A stretch of 63,370 bases of DNA, filler included, from Bipalium vagum (GCA_037834085.1; 3 parts of 3 records of this genome joined end to end with filler, not necessarily neighbours in it); one strand, 5' to 3'; positions 1-14,074 are shown, numbered from the whole stretch's first letter. Translations and numbers: made by a program. Notes: generated by a model from the letters alone, not told the origin.

Positions 1-1112
1 AATTTATTTAATTAATTTTAAATTAATAATTAATAATTAAAATGCATAATTTTAAATTGGCCAGCGTATTAATTAAAGCTTATTTTTTGCCAAAAGTTTA
101 TTTATAAAGATTACAAGATTGAAGTCGAATCTCAACATAATTAATAATAATATTTTTTACATTTAATATAATTTATTTTTATATTTATTATTTTATTTGA
201 TAAATATTTTAACATAAGAAAGAAGGATAAAAAAATTTGGTTCTCCACGAGCTCTAACTTATACAATAAAACGATAAATAAAGCTTCACAAAATTATATT
301 TTTCATACATAATAAAAATTTTTTATCAAAGGATCATTGTTAAATGCTTTTTGTCATGAAGAAATTGATTATTTTGATGGTAGGAGTCTTCACACATAGT
401 GGAAGCAAGATTAACGTTTCCATGTGCGCCAGTTCTAAAAATATATGTTTAAATTAGAAATAAAGCAGCTGCGATCTAAAATGTACAATATTTGATTTAC
501 CGTAAACTTAATTTAACTTAAAGCAACTAAGTCTTAATTTAAGAAAGTCCTAACCTAAGGAACGAGATAATTTTTAAGATGTAATCAATCTGTAGAACTG
601 AGAATCACAGAAACTTAAAAACTGTAAAGTGTAAAAATTAAAATAAATTAAGAATAAAAGCTTGTTAAATTTCTATTTTGGCATCAGTCGGATGATCTTA
701 AGAATCTCTTAAGATCTTTTTGGCATCAATATGGTATCTTGGGGAACGGATCTCTCTTTAATTATTTTGTAGCTTCAATAGAAAAATTTTTCGAATGCAA
801 ATTAAGAGCCAATCTATGTAATTTTTTATATGATGTATTTTTATTTAAAATAAACAGAAAAAAACAGGTAATATTTAAATGCATTTCTTTATTTTTTATA
901 TTTTTTTTATTACTATTAAGTTATGAGTTAATTAAAAATGTCTATTAATCGTAATATTTAAAAATTTCATTAGGCCTCTGGATTTTAAATGACATTTTTC
1001 AATTTTATACACAAAACTTTATAAACGTGACAATTGTTTAAGTAAATCAATTTATAATTTTTATATATTTTTATTTAAAAATAATTAAAATGCTTTTAAA
1101 AGCTTACTGCAA

Positions 1113-1944
1113 ATGACATTTTTAATTCAAAATTGTCGTAACATATTTAGGACTTTCAGTACTTTTCTAAACTTTGATAATAGAGAACTCTCATCAGTAA
1201 CATTTTGTCAAAAATTTTCGATTCAGACTGCAGTATTTGGTTACGATCATAAAAACACCCAATACAAGACGAAAATCAATCCCAAATGGGTCTATGGAGA
1301 TGATGCTTGTTTTGTAACAAAAAATACCGATTCATTTGTTATTGGTAAATAAAGTGAAATTATTATGATCATCATATTTCATGATCCAGGAGTTGCAGAC
1401 GGGGTTGGCGGTTGGCGTTCATATGGAATTAATCCAAGTTTGTTTTCCCGAAGCTTTATGAAAATGTGCCAACGGACTGTGGAAAAAGAAGTCGTTAGTC
1501 CAGACAATCCGCTCTATTTAGCGAAAATGGCCTATTACGATGTTTTGCATTTAAAAACTCCAATTTTAGGTATGATAAACAAAATCACGTCACAGATGAT
1601 GATCGTCTTTTTCAATAGGAAGTGCAACATTTTGCATTTTGTCAATGTGCAGAAATACCGGAATGTTGTACTCAGCCAATCTCGGCGACAGTGGATATTT
1701 GATTATCAGAAATAGTCAGTTGGTGGCTAAATCGATGAATCAGAAGCACGCTTTCAATACTCCTTTTCAAATCGCCCTTTTACCTTCCACACAGCAACCG
1801 CAATTCCACAAAGACAAGTATTTCGTTTTTATTGCTTGACAATAAAAAATTATAATTATTGTTTTGAAATAATCAAATATTTTTAGGATAATTTATATGT
1901 TTTTAAAATTTTGAATTTTAAATATATTTTCATACTATTATTTA

Positions 1945-1984
<40 letters not shown>

Positions 1985-4900
1985 TTATTATTATTATTAT
2001 TAGTATCATTAATTATAATCATAATTAAAAATTGTAATTTAATTATTATTCTCTTAGTTTTAAAAATATTATTAAGTCAGATAGGTCTTGGTTATAAGTA
2101 TCTCCAAGTTTTTGTCTATCAATAAATTACACTTTTGCTCAAATCTCTTTTAAAACTTTGATTGATGGATGGAAGATGAGACATTATCATCAGCCAACGT
2201 GGAAAAAAATCAGAGAAATCAGCTAATAAATTTTATATAAAAATTTTGTTTGTTCTCAAGCGCACACCAACTAAGATTTTTTGTCATTTTTTCTCGCCTA
2301 ATCACTAAAAATAGAAAATAAATGTATTAATGTAATCCATTTATTTTATTTCCGATAAATCATGAAAATTAATTTTTTCCACCTCTGATAAAAATTTCTC
2401 AACATAGATATTTAATTTTATCGATTTCTGAAAATATTGATTTATTTTATTTGTAGAAAACAAATATTATTAAAGATAAAATAAAAGTAACATTGAAATT
2501 TAATTTTACTCAACATTATTATGGTAAATCTTATATAAAAATAATAATTAAATTAAAAGGGGAATAATTATTATTATTTATGTAATTGTGTTGGGTCTTG
2601 TGTGAAAAATTTTAAAAGCTCAAAATAGAATGTTCAAAATGAGACCAATGTATTTTAGTAAAAATATATTCATAAAAATATCAAAATTAATAACTGCATT
2701 ATTGTTGAAAAGTTATCATCAAAAGTTTTGAGAAAAGAATTTTCTTTATTACTGGAGTAAAATGAAATTTTACTTTTTTAGTTTTGTCTGAAAATTAGAA
2801 AGTAATTTTTAATAAATGTATTTCACTCAATCATTACAGAAATAATTTTAGGCAATACTTTAATTTTTTTATTGACTATTTTATTCAAAGTGCCGCCGAT
2901 TCAGATAAAATATGAAAACACAAAATTTAATATAACTAATTTTGGATCATCAATATTATAAATTCAATTAATTAATTAATCCATATTATTTTAATAGAGT
3001 AAATTTAATAAAGAAATTGATTATTATTTTTTCTATATTATTATCATTATCATTTTATTTATTATTGTTGTGGGTGTGAAAAAATAAATTTTTAATAATA
3101 TTCTAATTTGTCTGAACTCAATTCTTGTGGTCAACAAACTCGCTCTTTATTCTTTAAATCAATATCACATCTTCTAAAGCCTCTAAACCATTCGCGACAT
3201 GAGGTCATGGTTATTTTTCCATCACCAATTTTTTGAAAATGAATCGGGTTGTTTCGAAAAATGTTTTTGTATTGATTGGAAAGGAACGATATACAGAGAG
3301 GAATATGCATTTTATCAACTTCCATAATTATTGATTGAAAAAGTCTGTTAATTTGAATAAATTTTGAAGTCATGTATATAATATAATCAATAATATGTTT
3401 TAATATTTTATTATTATAATTATAATTTTTATTTATATTTTTTGATTGATTTGTTTCAGTAAATTTTGGTTTCAGACGTTTATTAAAAAGGTTAATAAAA
3501 AATTTATCTTCGATTTGATAATTATCCCTTGTTTTTCATTCAGTTAAAAGCAATTTTAAAAACTATATTCATATTTTTCAAATAAAACAATTTTTTAAAT
3601 ATTGATTTTTTAAAATATTTTCATATTTTATTTTTTTTGCATAGTTTTTTTTTTGAAGTGGAAATAGGTTTGTTTTGGAAACAGATGATCTGAAAAAATT
3701 GATTAATAAAATTTATAGAAATGAAATTTAATTATTCATAAAAAAATCAGTGCTATTTTCAAATTAATTGAGAGAAAAATAAATATTTTTGAAAGTGACC
3801 GATATCAGAAAATAATATAATTTTTTGGTTTTGACGAAAACCTCTGTATTAATAATATATAATACAAAGTTAAAATAATAAATCTTTTTGACCAAGATTT
3901 ATATGATGATGGTAATGAGAAAATTCAGCTCAAAAATCTGTCGCATGCATTCATCTTTTTTTACGCATTCTGTACACTGAACTTAATAAAAAATAATACA
4001 AAACGTGACGTCAATAAAAATGTATTGTTTATTTTATCGATTTTTATTTAATAAATTTTAAATTAAAAAAATTAGGATTATAAATATGTAATAAAATTGT
4101 GAAATTGACTTTTATGTGATTAGTTAAGAAATTTTTATAAATAATAATAATAGTTATAATAGTAATAATTGTTAACTGAATATGATAATTTTAAAAAAAG
4201 CAATAAAATATATTTTTTTTAAAATTAAATTTTACAATGGATTTTTAAAGTTTATATATAGATTTTGTTAATATTATCATTTGCAATTTTTTAATTTGAT
4301 ATTTTCGAATTTCTTTTTATGAGTTTTCAAACATCAGATTTTTAAAAGTTTTTATATAAATCAATCATGTTAACCAATCGGAAAAATATTTTCATTATTT
4401 AGCTTGAAATTAATTATTCATTAAATATTGATTAAAAATTGCTTGGAATGAGATGTTATAAATTAAACAATGTTTTTTCAAGTATATTTTTGAGTTTTTA
4501 AATGTATCTGTAAATTTTTACTCAAATGAAAAAATCAATTTTAAACGAAATTAATTGTACTGACAAGTCTTTGACAAAAGAAAAAATAATTTTCCTAATA
4601 ATAATTCTTTTCTATTCACACTGAAATGTTTTTTCCAGTTCTGATCACATCTAATAATCTGATATTTTTAATATTGATTTGCAACGAATTCTCTTATTAT
4701 CTTTGTGTAAAAAGTTTTTTTTCCAATCTAATATTCACTCTTCCCTTAAATATTTCTTGTGTTTCATTTATCACTTTATTCTTCAGCGTTCTTTTATTAA
4801 TATTTCCTTTATATTTTATTTTTATCTATTTATGTATTTTATTGGTTTACATTATTTATTTATTTCATTAAATTATTTTATTTTTAAATTTTACTTAATT

Positions 4901-7900
4901 TATTCTTTATTTTAATATATTTTTAAACTATACTTTAATATATATAATATAACTTTAAATATACTTTAGAAAGTTCCAGAGAAAAGGACAACTAATGTAT
5001 TGTAAAAATATAATTTTAGGTTTTTAATTGCATGAAATTTAATTTTGTTCAATAAATATATTAATAATTTTCAAAAATCAATAGAGTGAAAATAAATTTA
5101 AAATCAATTAAAATCTTATTTAATATAATTAATGTTAGCATGTTTATCAGTTTTTTCAATTATTCTTAAGCTCATTAATAGCATGCTGTTTTTATAATTT
5201 TAAGTTTAAGCAGCACACATTGTTCTGAAGGAGTGAATAATTGTAATTAATCAATCGATGTATATAATCGATTACAGAGTGGCACAAAAGTAATTTACTG
5301 ATTTTAAACAATGATATAACAAAATGTTCAAGAAAATTATTTATTTCAAATAGGATACACAAATAATAAGTGATAGAGATTTGTTAAGCTATTTCTTGAA
5401 CATTACGTTAGTTAAATGACCACCACTTTGTGCTTCACAAAGTTGTGCTCTTTTTACAGAGTTCTTCATGGCATCAGCTAAAACTTTCGGATTTATGGCA
5501 TTAATTTCATCACGAATATTGTTTTTTTTAATTATTGAATGGACTTCGGATATTAACAAACTTTCTCCTTCAGATTTCCCACAAGAAAATAATACGGAGC
5601 TGATAAATGTAGCGAACACAAAGGCCAATTGAATGTCAAGTTTCTTGAAATTATCCGTTTACCGAAAATCTCACGTAAGAATTTTTATCAAGAAAATATA
5701 ATTCTACTATTTTCGTTCTCAGACAACTTGGATATCTGTTTGACATTAATTTCCTGTATTCCATTTTTATGTCTAAAATAATTTAAAATTGATTTTTTAT
5801 GAACTTTTGAAATAAATAAGTTACTTTTGCGCCACCTTGTATTATAATTAAATCTATTCAAATCCACAAAATTTGGTTCTAATCATCTCAAAATCAAATT
5901 TAAATGAACATGATCTTCCATAATATTTAGGTCATTTTTAAAAATTTTGCTAAATTGATAATTTGTGCACTCGTAGAATAGGTTTTAAAAATCTTAAAAA
6001 GAGAAGAAATAAAAGATGAATCTTAAAATATTATGATTGATATTATGATTGATTTACATCTCATATTTATTAGAAACCTCTCAAACATTAGACATTTAAA
6101 TAATTCAATGATATATTTCTTAAGTAAAATACAAAAAAAAATAAATGGATAAGTTAATAAATAATAAAATAAAAGAAAATATAAATAATTTTGAATTTTT
6201 ATAAAAAATCACTCAAAACATTCTACGATATATTTCTTAGGTAAAATAAATCGATAAAATTATAATTAGAAAAATAATAAAAATCAAATAAAATTAATTT
6301 AAAAAAATAATAAAAAGTTTTAAAATTCTAACTTTAATATCACGACTGTAAATTTCTCGATATATTATAATTCAGCTTGGTTTCCTTTTATCAGATCATT
6401 ATAAAAAATTAATCTTGACAAAAACGTTAATTAATCAATAATATTATCATCAAAAAGATAATTTTGTTTAAACGCTGCTTACCGGATTATTGGCAGTCGA
6501 ATGAAAATTTATTTTAATGTGAACTAATTTGAGAAAATGGAGAAAATTCATTATTTTAGTTCTTATTTTTATCGTTAATTATTAATGCTATTAATAATGG
6601 TATTATAAGCACTATATTATTTTTATTTATATTATTACCATTATTATAACATTATTATAATTATTTATATTTTTATTATTATTTATATTAAATTTTTGAA
6701 AAATTCTGAAATGTGGAGTATCATTTAAACATAAATTGATTATTGTTAATTGTTAACCTTAATTAATATTGATCGAAAGTATGCACAAATGATTGATCTT
6801 TAAATCACATTAAAACAATCATCCATCAAATAATATTGGTCATGTTTAACTTAAAATTAATCGGTTTGCTCGTCAACAGAAATTTGTTTACGCAAATCAA
6901 ATAATATTTTCGACCGTAATTGTTCATAGTGTCAAAGTCGTAATAGCTGTAGTTCTAGAGCGTCTTTTGATAATTGGCAAATTAATTATCATAATACAGT
7001 CAGGAAATCGATCTTTACATCTTTTACTTGGGATATTTTAGTTCCGATTTGTTTGTAAAGAGAGAGAAAAATATTAATCAATATACATAAATTTCCTATC
7101 TGTGTTTTGTTCCTTTATATTTCTTTTTCGGTCTCATTTTTCAGTTTTCAATCAATAATTCTTTTCTGGCTTGGAAGAATTTGTATCCGTAAAGAAAATA
7201 TTTAAATTTATGTTTACAGCTAAATTAATTTGATTGGAAAAGTAATGATCAATAATGTGAAAATCAATATTCCAGTAACATTCATCATATCGAAATTTAG
7301 CAGCCTCTGGAATAAAGAAAATCAAGTATGGTTCAAAGAGTCAAATGTGCTTAGTAATTGGAATCAAAAAAATTTTTTGATGAACTGAAAACCAAAGCTA
7401 ATAAGATAAGAAAAAATAAAGCAGAAGGAAGACCAAAAAGGATAAGGAAAACCCAGAATGACAGAGGCCATTGAATAAGAGGTTGAATGAAATTTCAGAA
7501 CCTCCTCAAAAGAACAGAATAAAAAACGATCTCTTAGAAAATTTGTTGGAGGAAAGAAAGTCATTTTATAAGTCACAGAATGAGAAGTTTTAGAACACAT
7601 TCAAAGAAAGAGTATACAGAATAATAAACAATGAACAAAAAGAACTTTTCAACTTTGTAACCAGGTTTTTAATTTGCTATAAATTGAGAATAACGAATCT
7701 CATTGATTTTACCGTTTTAAAGAATATTTTTGATCTTTTTTATCAGTCCATCCCTGTTGTTTTGTTAGAGAGAGCTGAGGATAAACAGTTCATTAGTATT
7801 TTCTCTGAAAATTGATTTTTATTCCTTTTTAAACTATTTGAGTTTGGAAAAGAAAGTGATAGAGATGAAAGGGCACTGAATGAGTGAAACATGTTTTACA

Positions 7901-8397
7901 GACTTTCATAGATCAAATGTTGTGAGTATTGGTAGTTTAAGAGGAAATGACACGCGATGAAAGTCAATAAGTTGATTTTTAACATTTTTATGGGTTTTCA
8001 AATTGACTAAGCTTAATCAATATTTTATGGATCTTAGTAATAATTCGTTATTGATTTTTAATGTTTTTAATCATAAATCGATTGTTTTCGTGGTAGGTTC
8101 GTTTTTTAGACTTGTTAAAAAATAGTTTTTTAATGATTTAAAACTTATTTAAATTTATTTCCGAAATATTATTTTATTCAGTTATCATTGTGTATTGATT
8201 GAAAAATCATTTTAAAGATTTAGTTGTTCATTGTTGTTTTCAATGTTGCATATTGCACTCTAATTCAATGATGAAATTGAAATTTATTATAGACTATTAT
8301 TTATGTAGGATTACATATTATTATTATTATTATTATTATTATACCAATAAGGTAATAATCATAAAAAGGAATAATAAAAAATTAACACTAATAGGCG

Positions 8398-8441
<44 letters not shown>

Positions 8442-10924
8442 TTTAATTATTATTACAAATAAATAAACAACTCATTAATATTATGGTCAATTGATATAAA
8501 AGAAAAAAATGAATTAATTTTAAACTTAGGTAATTACTTTCATTAAAATAATTTTAATAATAGTGAAAAATTTATTGATCAACAGTGTCAAGTCTTTATT
8601 TTTGAATTTAAAAATTTTTCAACATACATTGTAAAATAGAAAATAATAGATAATATTTTTTAACAGTCCAGACGAGGCTTATCAAAATCAATTTAAAGTT
8701 CAGCAAGGTGACATTGTTGTAGTTGGTACTGATGGGTTATTCGATAATTTACCGGTATCGATGATTATCCAAGAGGTGTCCATGGTCAAGGTTGTTTTTT
8801 TTAGTAAAGGTGACTTATTATATCATCGAATCAGGATCACAAACATGAATCATTAACTGCTTGTGCTCAACGCTTAGTTGATCGTGCTCAAAAATGTTCC
8901 TTGACTTCTGATTTCCTGTCACCGTTTGCTTGTGAAGCACGATCTCATGGTATCGATTTTAAAGGTAGTTATTTTTCTGAATGTATTTCTGCAAAAAGCG
9001 AAATATTTTTTATATAAGTGAAAGATAAAAAAGTTTTAACGTTATATATTAATTAATGGTGAAAGAATTTAATAATATGCAGAGCTTCAACTGAAATGAT
9101 AAGTTTGTCTGTCTTTTTAAAAATGTTCGTAATATGAATTGTAAAAATCATTACTCATCAACATTACATCGATTGAATTAGTATGAAGAAATTTAGTATT
9201 GGTCGGGTTTATTCAAAATTTTAGATTCTTGAAATCCAGATGATGGTAAATATTTTATTTCTTTAATTCAAATAATTTATAAGACTGTTTATTATTATTA
9301 AACAATACAAAAAATTGAAATGTTAATTTTTATCCTAAGATAGATATTTCGTAATCTTGTGGCGTTTCTGCGATGTCATAAAACGGAAGCATCAAGAAAA
9401 ATCTCCTTCAAAGTCGTTAATTTGTCTTATCTAAGTCATTAATATAAAATGCGCCTTTTTTATTTTAAAATCAATTTTTAAAATATAATTTTAGCGTTTA
9501 TATACATAAGCGTTTATATGTATAAGGTGCACTGTTAAATTTTTAGCATAATTAAGGATTTTATGTAAGTCATTGTGAAATCTGTGGAAAAGCTCGTAGT
9601 AAAAATAGTCAAAATCAATTGGTTATGAATTAGAATATTAAAAAAAGATGCGGTAGACTTCAAAAACCTCTGAAGGTATGGTCTGAAAATCCAAAACACT
9701 GCTTTATTTATTATTAGGCGTACAAGTTAATTTCAACGTTTTTTAAAGTTTTATTTCATTTCGATAAATTAATATTTTTGTTTAATTAACTTTATTTTTT
9801 TCTCCGTATTATCAGCTTTTTATACATATATAATAGTTTTCATATAATTGTATATAACACCTTAATTTTCGCTTTAAGTCAACTTTTGTCCCGGTAAAAT
9901 GTCATTTGCGGGAAGCTCTTCATTTTTCTTTTTTCATTTCAAGAAAAAGGCTACTGACGCGCATTAAATGGTTGCCATAGCTTACAGCGATGGTGCTCCA
10001 TTCATAAGAATCTACCAAAAATGGTTTCAGCATTGCAAATCGGGTGTTTTTTACGTCAACAACAAAGGTCTAGGACAACTAAAAAGGTTACACGACGACG
10101 AACTTTAAACTCTCTTGGAAACGACGAAGCCCAACACAAAAATAATTAGCAGTTTCTTTTAACGTCCCACAAAAAACTGTTTCATCTTGTTTACACACCA
10201 TGGGAAAGATCCACAAGGTAGGAAAATGGATGCCTCATAAATTTACGGAAAGGAACATGGAGCAGCGAAAAACAACCGCTAAAATCTTGTTGGAAAGATT
10301 TTAAAGGAAGCCGTTTTTTTCACCGTATTATCACTAGTGACCAAAAATTGGTATATTATGATAATTTAGAGAGCTAAATATCATGGGTAAGTCCGGTGAA
10401 CTGGCAAAATCGACCTCAAAGTCGAACAGGTCTTACTCTGCATCTTGTAGGATCAGCGTGTCTACGAGCTTTTTCAACCTGCCGAAACGATCACTGCCAA
10501 TTGCTACTGCCAGCAACTAGTACGGTTACGCAATGAACTCGGAGTAAAGAGACCAGAATTAATGTTACATGGGATTAAATTAGTCTTAAGAAAAAAACAA
10601 CATGCTGCAGCTATTTCAAATAAGATTATTGTGATTATTATTTGAGAATTTCAGTGATTTTTAATTTTGGCTCCCATTTGTCTTATGTAATTTTAATGAA
10701 TCGGTCATGAAAATAACAATTTGAATATTAGATTATTGATTCTAACGTCTCAAATTTTTAAATTTTTAAAATTTTTTTTATAGAATTAAATAATTTGTAT
10801 TCAATTTTTTGCAGGTGGTAATCCGGGAGATATCACTGTTATTTTAGGTCAAATATTTTTAGAAAATGTTCACACTGAAGAGGAAATGAAACCAGAATTC
10901 TTGATAGCAAACGTGGCAAGATAG
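1113..10924 (+). CDS. PPTC7: Protein phosphatase PTC7 homolog (mitochondrial PP2C/PPM family), 6 exons, 324 aa
   Basis: Exons 1113-1344, 1390-1569, 1619-1817, 8667-8790, 8835-8964, 10815-10924. All introns are GT-AG with consistent phases; 975 nt total, ending TAG. Motifs YGDDACF, IGVADGVGGW, GSATFC, ANLGDSG, QKHAFNTPFQI, GDIVVVGTDGLFDNL, SPFA, GGNPGDITV. The N-terminus MTFLIQNCRNIFRTFS resembles a mitochondrial presequence (Arg-rich, no acidic residues). Confidence 0.93.
1936..2002. repeat. (TTA)n microsatellite
   Basis: Directly visible. Confidence 0.9.
3115..3330 (-). mobile_element. mariner transposase N-terminal relic (PTC7 intron 3)
   Basis: MEVDKMHIPLCI..GDGKITMTSCREWFRGFRRCDIDLKNKER matches the mariner HTH region (WF.RF..GD.DL.D.R). 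Confidence 0.7.
5389..5700 (-). mobile_element. Tc1/mariner DD41D/DD37D-like transposase C-terminal relic
   Basis: NWPLCSLHLSAPYYFL.GNLKEKV (WPPRSPDL..D.FLWG.LK.KV) followed, after a frameshift, by IRDEINAINPKVLADAMKNSVKRAQLCEAQSGGHL. Confidence 0.7.
8316..8440. repeat. Facing (TTA)n and (AAT)n microsatellites
   Basis: Directly visible; source of the spurious poly-Y/poly-N ORF at 8199-8462. Confidence 0.9.
9714..10570 (+). mobile_element. mariner relic resembling the Mos1/mauritiana subfamily (PTC7 intron 5), 3' truncated
   Basis: TA-TTAGGCGTACAAG TIR. Translation STFVPVKCHLREAL..FHFKKKATDAH..KWFQHCKSG..MGKIHKVGKWMPHKFTERNMEQRKTTAKILL..HRIITSDQK closely parallels Mos1; stops and frameshifts present. 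Confidence 0.85.
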
Positions 10925-13024
10925 CGATTTTGTTTATTTTTCAATTAGATTTATTTAATTAAATATATTAAATTTTTTTACTTAAAGCATTAAATTTCAG
11001 AATATTTGATTGTAGTAAAAATTTAGTCTTGTCCTAATTTTCCGGAACCAGTTAATGTTTAACATTAAAAGTAACTTTTACATAAAAGTAAAAAGGTAAA
11101 ATAAGAATAGAGAATAAAAGCCTTTTAGACAAAACAAAAGTAAATCAAAAACTTAATTTTATTTATGAAAGAAATACAAAAATTTCACAAAGATTCTGAG
11201 CAAGGAGTTAATTTTATTTTCATTCCTTTGCAAATAAATTAGATCTTGAAATTTTCATTAGGTATAAATAAATATCTTTAAATAATATCAAAAATAAATA
11301 ATTTATGAAACAAATCTTTGAAATCAAAGGTTAGATTTGCGTTAAATAAATCATTAGCATTTTAATTACAGAATTTTAGTAAAATTAATAACAATTGGTT
11401 ACGCATATAATAAGAAATGGAAAGTGTTATTACGTAAATCACTCACATAGCCAGAAGTGAATTTTTAAGAAAAGATATATGGAAAGGTATATAAAGTTAT
11501 GGAAATCATGAGAAAATTTTAAAATTAAGGTCAATTTATAGAGTAACACAATCGACAGAAATTCAAAACAGTGAACCAGGAACAATAAAACAAGTTCAGT
11601 TTTAAAAATTCACATCTTTAGATTATCGATCTTGCCTTAATACAAAAACTGAGAAAATTAGATATTCAATTCATAGTGATTGCAACCAAACGACAACATT
11701 ATTTTACAAACTAACATGTAGAAGAAAAAGAAAACTAACAAAGAACTTTGTCCCATGTATCGCAGTATAGATCAAATTGATTAATAATTTCATTAATATA
11801 ATGAAAACCGACGATGGAATTTTCACTAATGAAGACTTCGAACTTCATTAATAAACTGAACCGAATTTAATTATATATATGTGCCAAACTTGCTAAAAAT
11901 AATATTATTTAAATATCAATTTTGTTACAAGGTTATTTCATTTTGTTGGTCGATACATTGAGAAGTATTATTTCGTATTATAATTTTGAGGGTTTTGTGT
12001 ATTAATTGTTGAAGAAATTTTGAAAGATTTACATAATGTAATTGAGATGCAAATGGTTTCTTTAGTTTTAGAAGATGAATGGAGATTATTGTAGCTCCAG
12101 GGATTTCAAGGGTGCTAATTTTTAGTACTTTTAGGCTTTTTGACAAATTAAAAATCAATCCTGGTATTTTAATAGACATCAGCATTTTGGACTATGTTCA
12201 CAGTCATTGTATTTGCGGATTGACTATATTCGCTTATTATTGTTATTGCTATTTTATAAATAAATGATTAAAATTGATATAATTTTGAGTCCGATTGAGA
12301 CCAAAAATGTTTGGTAAATATTTTTCTTAATAATAATAAAAATAGTTGACAGTTATAACGTTCAACGAATACATTCATAGGTAAAGATTCAGAAAATAAG
12401 AGAAGGATATGTCAATATTTTATGCCTAGCAAAAACAGTCTTTGATAGAAAAAACTTTGAATCATATTCGTGCGATAGAATATATTTGTTGTAGTACAGT
12501 TAAAAAATAATATTATGCATCTGGTTGCCAGATAGAAAGTTAAAGAAGACATCATATTTAAGAAGTTTCATGATAGAAACGATGCTTCAGATCAGGTTGG
12601 TGCTGATGTCTGGATATTTTGTCATTAATTCTTTGAAATATAAATGAAAATCATACCCAATACCATTATGAAAAAAATGGAATGACAAATTTTTAATTGA
12701 CTTATCATTTATAATACTTTTATTGTGAGCTGCTCATCTATATTTTCCATTTAAATGACTAACCTAATCACCTCGTAAATTTTTTTACAATAAATGCATA
12801 TTTTAAAATGTTGATAATTAATTTTCTCTTCTTCAGATAAAATTATTGGAATGTTTGTATTTTTTAATGTTTGTTAGATGATTATTTATTTCCTTTATGG
12901 TTTTCATAAATAAAAAAGAAAATAAAAACTATTTTCTGTATAAAATTTAAAATATCTTGATTCATATAATTCAGGATTTTTTGGATTAATATAAATTGCT
13001 ATTGATAATGATTTTTGATTTACA

Positions 13025-13135
13025 AGCGTTAGCCCAATTGAACCAAATCCGTGTAAAGAAGGCATGTATGCACTTCATGTGAAGAATCTTGAAGGTCAAA
13101 GAAGCAGAAGGTGGTTATATCGAGCAATAGAAGAA
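13025..13135 (+). mobile_element. Tc1/mariner (maT/DD37D-like) extreme C-terminal fragment
   Basis: KKACMHFM*RILKVKEAEGGYIEQ* matches the typical C-terminus (RL.A.V.A.GG.IE). Confidence 0.5.
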
Positions 13136-13731
13136 CCGAACATATTTTAATCCAAAAATATAACTATTGCTTAAATAATTATGATATTATTTAGTATATC
13201 TTTGTTTGTTTAAAGTTTATCCTGAATATCAGAATTTTCCTCAAAAAAATTCCAAGTTTCAAAATCACTATAATACATAATAATATTTTAAAGTAATAAT
13301 TATTAAATTGACAATATTCATTTTTATGAAGTGTTGCTTTTGATTCTTTAAATTTTTGGCAAATACTTATATGTTCTTTTAATAAATTTTCTGATCTGTA
13401 TGAATTAAAACAGTTTAAGGAAAGTTAATTGCTAGGTATTTTTGTATAAGAAAAGATAATCTAATTTTTCATAATACATAATGGATATTATATATTAAGG
13501 TATTACATTTTCTTTCATCTATAGTTAGATGAGCTATAAAATATTCTATATGAATTGGTGTTATTATTTATTTTCATTAATTTCAAACACATTTACTGAA
13601 ATATTATTAATTTATTGAAATTCATAAAATTGATAAATTTGTAAAATTAAAAATTTATAAAATTTAGGAAATTCATAAAATTGAAAATTGAAAATTGTAA
13701 AATCAATGAAAAAAAAATTTGAAAAGGTTAC

Positions 13732-14000
13732 AAGTAGTGGGGAAATGGCTAATTGCGACCAAAAACTTAATTCAATATTTGTATTTGATATTGTAGTATT
13801 GCAGTATTTGGTATTCAACATTCAGTTTCGGTATTCAGTATTCAAAAGTGGGAAAGAATCAAAACCAAATTAGGTTTATTCGATATTCGACATTGAGAAA
13901 TTCGTTTGCAAAGTTGGGAGGGTGGAGGGACACTGAAAAAATCAAAACCAAAGTAATGGGGTTTGGGTGTTGATCGCAATTAGCCATTCTCCCACTACTT
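13732..14000. mobile_element. MITE-like element (about 270 bp) with about 30-bp imperfect terminal inverted repeats
   Basis: Left AAGTAGTGGGGAAATGGCTAATTGCGACCAA vs reverse complement of right AAGTAGTGGGAGAATGGCTAATTGCGATCAA; internal GTATT(C/G) sub-repeats. Confidence 0.75.
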
Positions 14001-14074
14001 CTATTATTCATCCACTGAATCAGGTAGTGATTCGTGCGTTTAAGATTCAATATCCACAAAAATCGTTCGCAAAA

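Noticed and set aside
1345-1389. Yeast-style productive intron retention in PTC7 (45-nt intron)
   Set aside because: Retention hits an in-frame TAA at 1350-1352.
4626-4915. Hydrophobic F/I/L-rich ORFs (also 739-948, 27301-27522, 44450-44641, 48649-48945, 59872-60108)
   Set aside because: Expected by-products of AT-rich low-complexity DNA; no motifs or splice context.
8199-8462. ORF with poly-Tyr/poly-Asn
   Set aside because: Translation of (TAT)n/(AAT)n microsatellites inside PTC7 intron 3.
11400-12720. Possible retroelement relics (L1-like zinc-knuckle region, Penelope-like RT thumb on minus, gypsy RNase H-like FMIE/DASD)
   Set aside because: Only scattered residues across frameshifts; needs an HMM search before calling.
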